Shown here one piece after another: positions 62,372 through 64,000 of a DNA stretch of 64,000 nucleotides. The position numbers and the translations under genes were made by a program. Below the pieces are notes generated by a model that had not been told where the DNA came from, searched no databases, and was given only the letters and a program-made list of their open reading frames with translations. How positions within the stretch are numbered: position 1 is the first letter of the stretch; each line of letters begins with the position of its first letter. The DNA lies in assembly GCF_006345805.1 (NCBI RefSeq), contig NC_042997.1, positions 59,272,001 to 59,336,000 on the forward strand. The letters are read 5' to 3'. This DNA comes from Octopus sinensis. Its lineage: Eukaryota.

Positions 62372-62560
62372 AGTTAATCCAAACATGAAAACACAAAGAG
62401 AAAACACAACAACGCGAGGACGTGGAACAAGTATAGTGCTATTGGACGCTCAGGAAAGGAAAGAAAGATGGAGGATTTAACGTTTCGAGTGGAGCTCTTC
62501 GTCAGAAATATAGAAGAAAAGGAAAAGTCCAAAGAAGGGAAGACAGAGAAAGAAAATCGA
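62372..62560 (-). mobile_element. Penelope-like terminal-repeat mini-element next to a (TA)n/(CA)n tract
   Basis: About 180 bp homologous to 49243..49414; contains the hammerhead motif. Confidence 0.65.
62475..62509 (-). ncRNA. Minimal type-I hammerhead ribozyme motif (Penelope-type), core intact
   Basis: Minus strand AUUU-CUGACGA-A-GAG(CUCCA)CUC-GAAA-CGU-U/AAAU: core boxes, stem II, palindromic ACGU helix-III remnant, 4-bp stem I. Confidence 0.7.
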
Positions 62561-62689
62561 TGGAATGAAATTCATATGACATTTTGAGATATTTTGTAAA
62601 ATAAATTATTTCAAATTTCTGCATTTTTCTTTTTGCATACAAGTTAAATGTGAACGCAGCAAATATGTCGTTTAAACTAGAGGATTTTC

Positions 62690-62996
62690 TTAAGTCCCCT
62701 ACTGTGAGACAGTCGGTGCCTTGCGCTAATCAGGTTTATAGAAAGCTTTTGCACATCTCAAACTTGAGGCCAAACCTGCTATGAGGAAATTTCAGATTTT
62801 GAAAATTGTTTTAAATCACTTCGTTGAGGAAGGAGTTTTCGGACATGATGCTTTAGAGATAGTAAAAGGACCTTCTGACCATTTGGAAAGGAAAAAGCTT
62901 GAAGTTCAATTAGAATTGAAAATATTTGAAAATGAAGCTGAGCTTAAAAAGCTTGAAATTAAAAAAGAAATTGAGCTTAAAAACCTACTATTTTGA
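62690..62996 (+). mobile_element. Probable Gypsy gag N-terminal remnant
   Basis: AHLKLEAKPAMRKFQILKIVLNHFVEEGVF followed by an E/K/L coiled coil; family assignment from my recollection only. Confidence 0.45.
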
Positions 62997-63325
62997 AAAG
63001 TAATAACCTCTTATCCAATCAATTTTAAATGCTATTTGATGAGTTATTAAATAAATACCACGCCACTTTATAGACATTTAAAAATCGTCATATTGTCCAA
63101 AACATTCATAGCTCTCCGATAGCCGGTTACGTGAGTAACAGCTTATGGAGTTTTTTCAGCTTTAATAAAACATATTTTACTCTAGGATTTGAGTGGTATT
63201 TTCGTCACCATGTTTTGGACCTATACACTGGCATGTGTGAGCACACATGCATGCATACATACATGTTTCTGTGTGCGCACGCGCGCGTATACATATATAT
63301 ACACATACATGCAGACCCATACACG

Positions 63326-63363
<38 letters not shown>

Positions 63364-64000
63364 GGAATTTTAGACTGACGGCGATGTGAAAACCTGCCAT
63401 GAAGCAAATATGTAAGAAAGGTAACTCATACAAAACAAGTAATGCAAGGGAGATCATTACTCCTAAGTATTCATTAAAATTGAAAGATTTTGGGCTGCTT
63501 ACTGTCAGTAAGAATCGCTTGGGCAAAATGTATATGATGTTAACAAATGAAAAGCTTTGTTCGGCATATTAACTCGCATCAACTTTTTGTTGACTTTCTA
63601 CCAGTTTGTAATATCCCGTAATTTATTGATTCCTTAGAGTACCAAAGAAAGTTTAATCTGAATGTAGGCATAGTACAATTCCCTGGAGAAATTTTCTGTA
63701 GCCTTCTACCCTGAGACGGTCTAAAATCAGAATTAAGGAAGCACTCTTCAATTCTGTTTTCACTTGGAGGGAGGTAAACTTTTATCTGGTATTTTTTAAG
63801 AGCTAAATGGACTGAATTTCTACGTGGTGTCTTTAGATAATACATTTTCCAGGCATATTGAAATACGGCCTCCATTGGACGTGCACTGGGAGTGTGTATG
63901 AATAACAAAGTACAAATGGGTTGAAAGAAAAACTGAGCATATGAGGAATTGGATCTAGTGTGCAAGAAAGGAGACTGTGTTAGTATGGCTATATAATGCA

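Noticed and set aside
63579-63965. 128-aa minus-strand ORF at the window end
   Set aside because: No recognisable motif or splice signals; possibly decayed LINE sequence, but unsupported

Overview
AT-rich, microsatellite- and retroposon-rich eukaryotic DNA. I recognise the SINE/RTE families as octopus-type (coleoid cephalopod); this is an inference to confirm by BLAST. Two complete multi-exon genes lie head-to-head, with 2,430 bp between their start codons. SS18/SS18L1-like (BAF subunit, minus strand, 7 coding exons, 32809->6527, 712 or 706 aa) carries a 34x Met/Gly/Pro heptad repeat in its last exon. PSMA7 (proteasome alpha4 subunit, plus strand, 6 coding exons, 35240->56231, 249 aa) follows on the other strand. 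I traced all exons by hand: every junction is GT-AG and frame-consistent. Introns and flanks contain decayed or partial RTE, Tx1/L1 and CR1 LINEs, hAT, maT (DD37D), mariner and piggyBac transposase remnants, several tRNA-derived SINE families, MITEs and foldback hairpins. Most notable: the heptad repeat; the SS18-PSM alpha4 head-to-head pair matching the human SS18L1/PSMA7 and SS18/PSMA8 pairs; a dyad antioxidant-response element in the shared promoter; two Penelope-type mini-elements with minimal hammerhead ribozyme motifs (one with an intact core, with stem-I covariation between copies); and a near-perfect 174-bp intronic palindrome. No rRNA, genuine tRNA or CRISPR array is supported.
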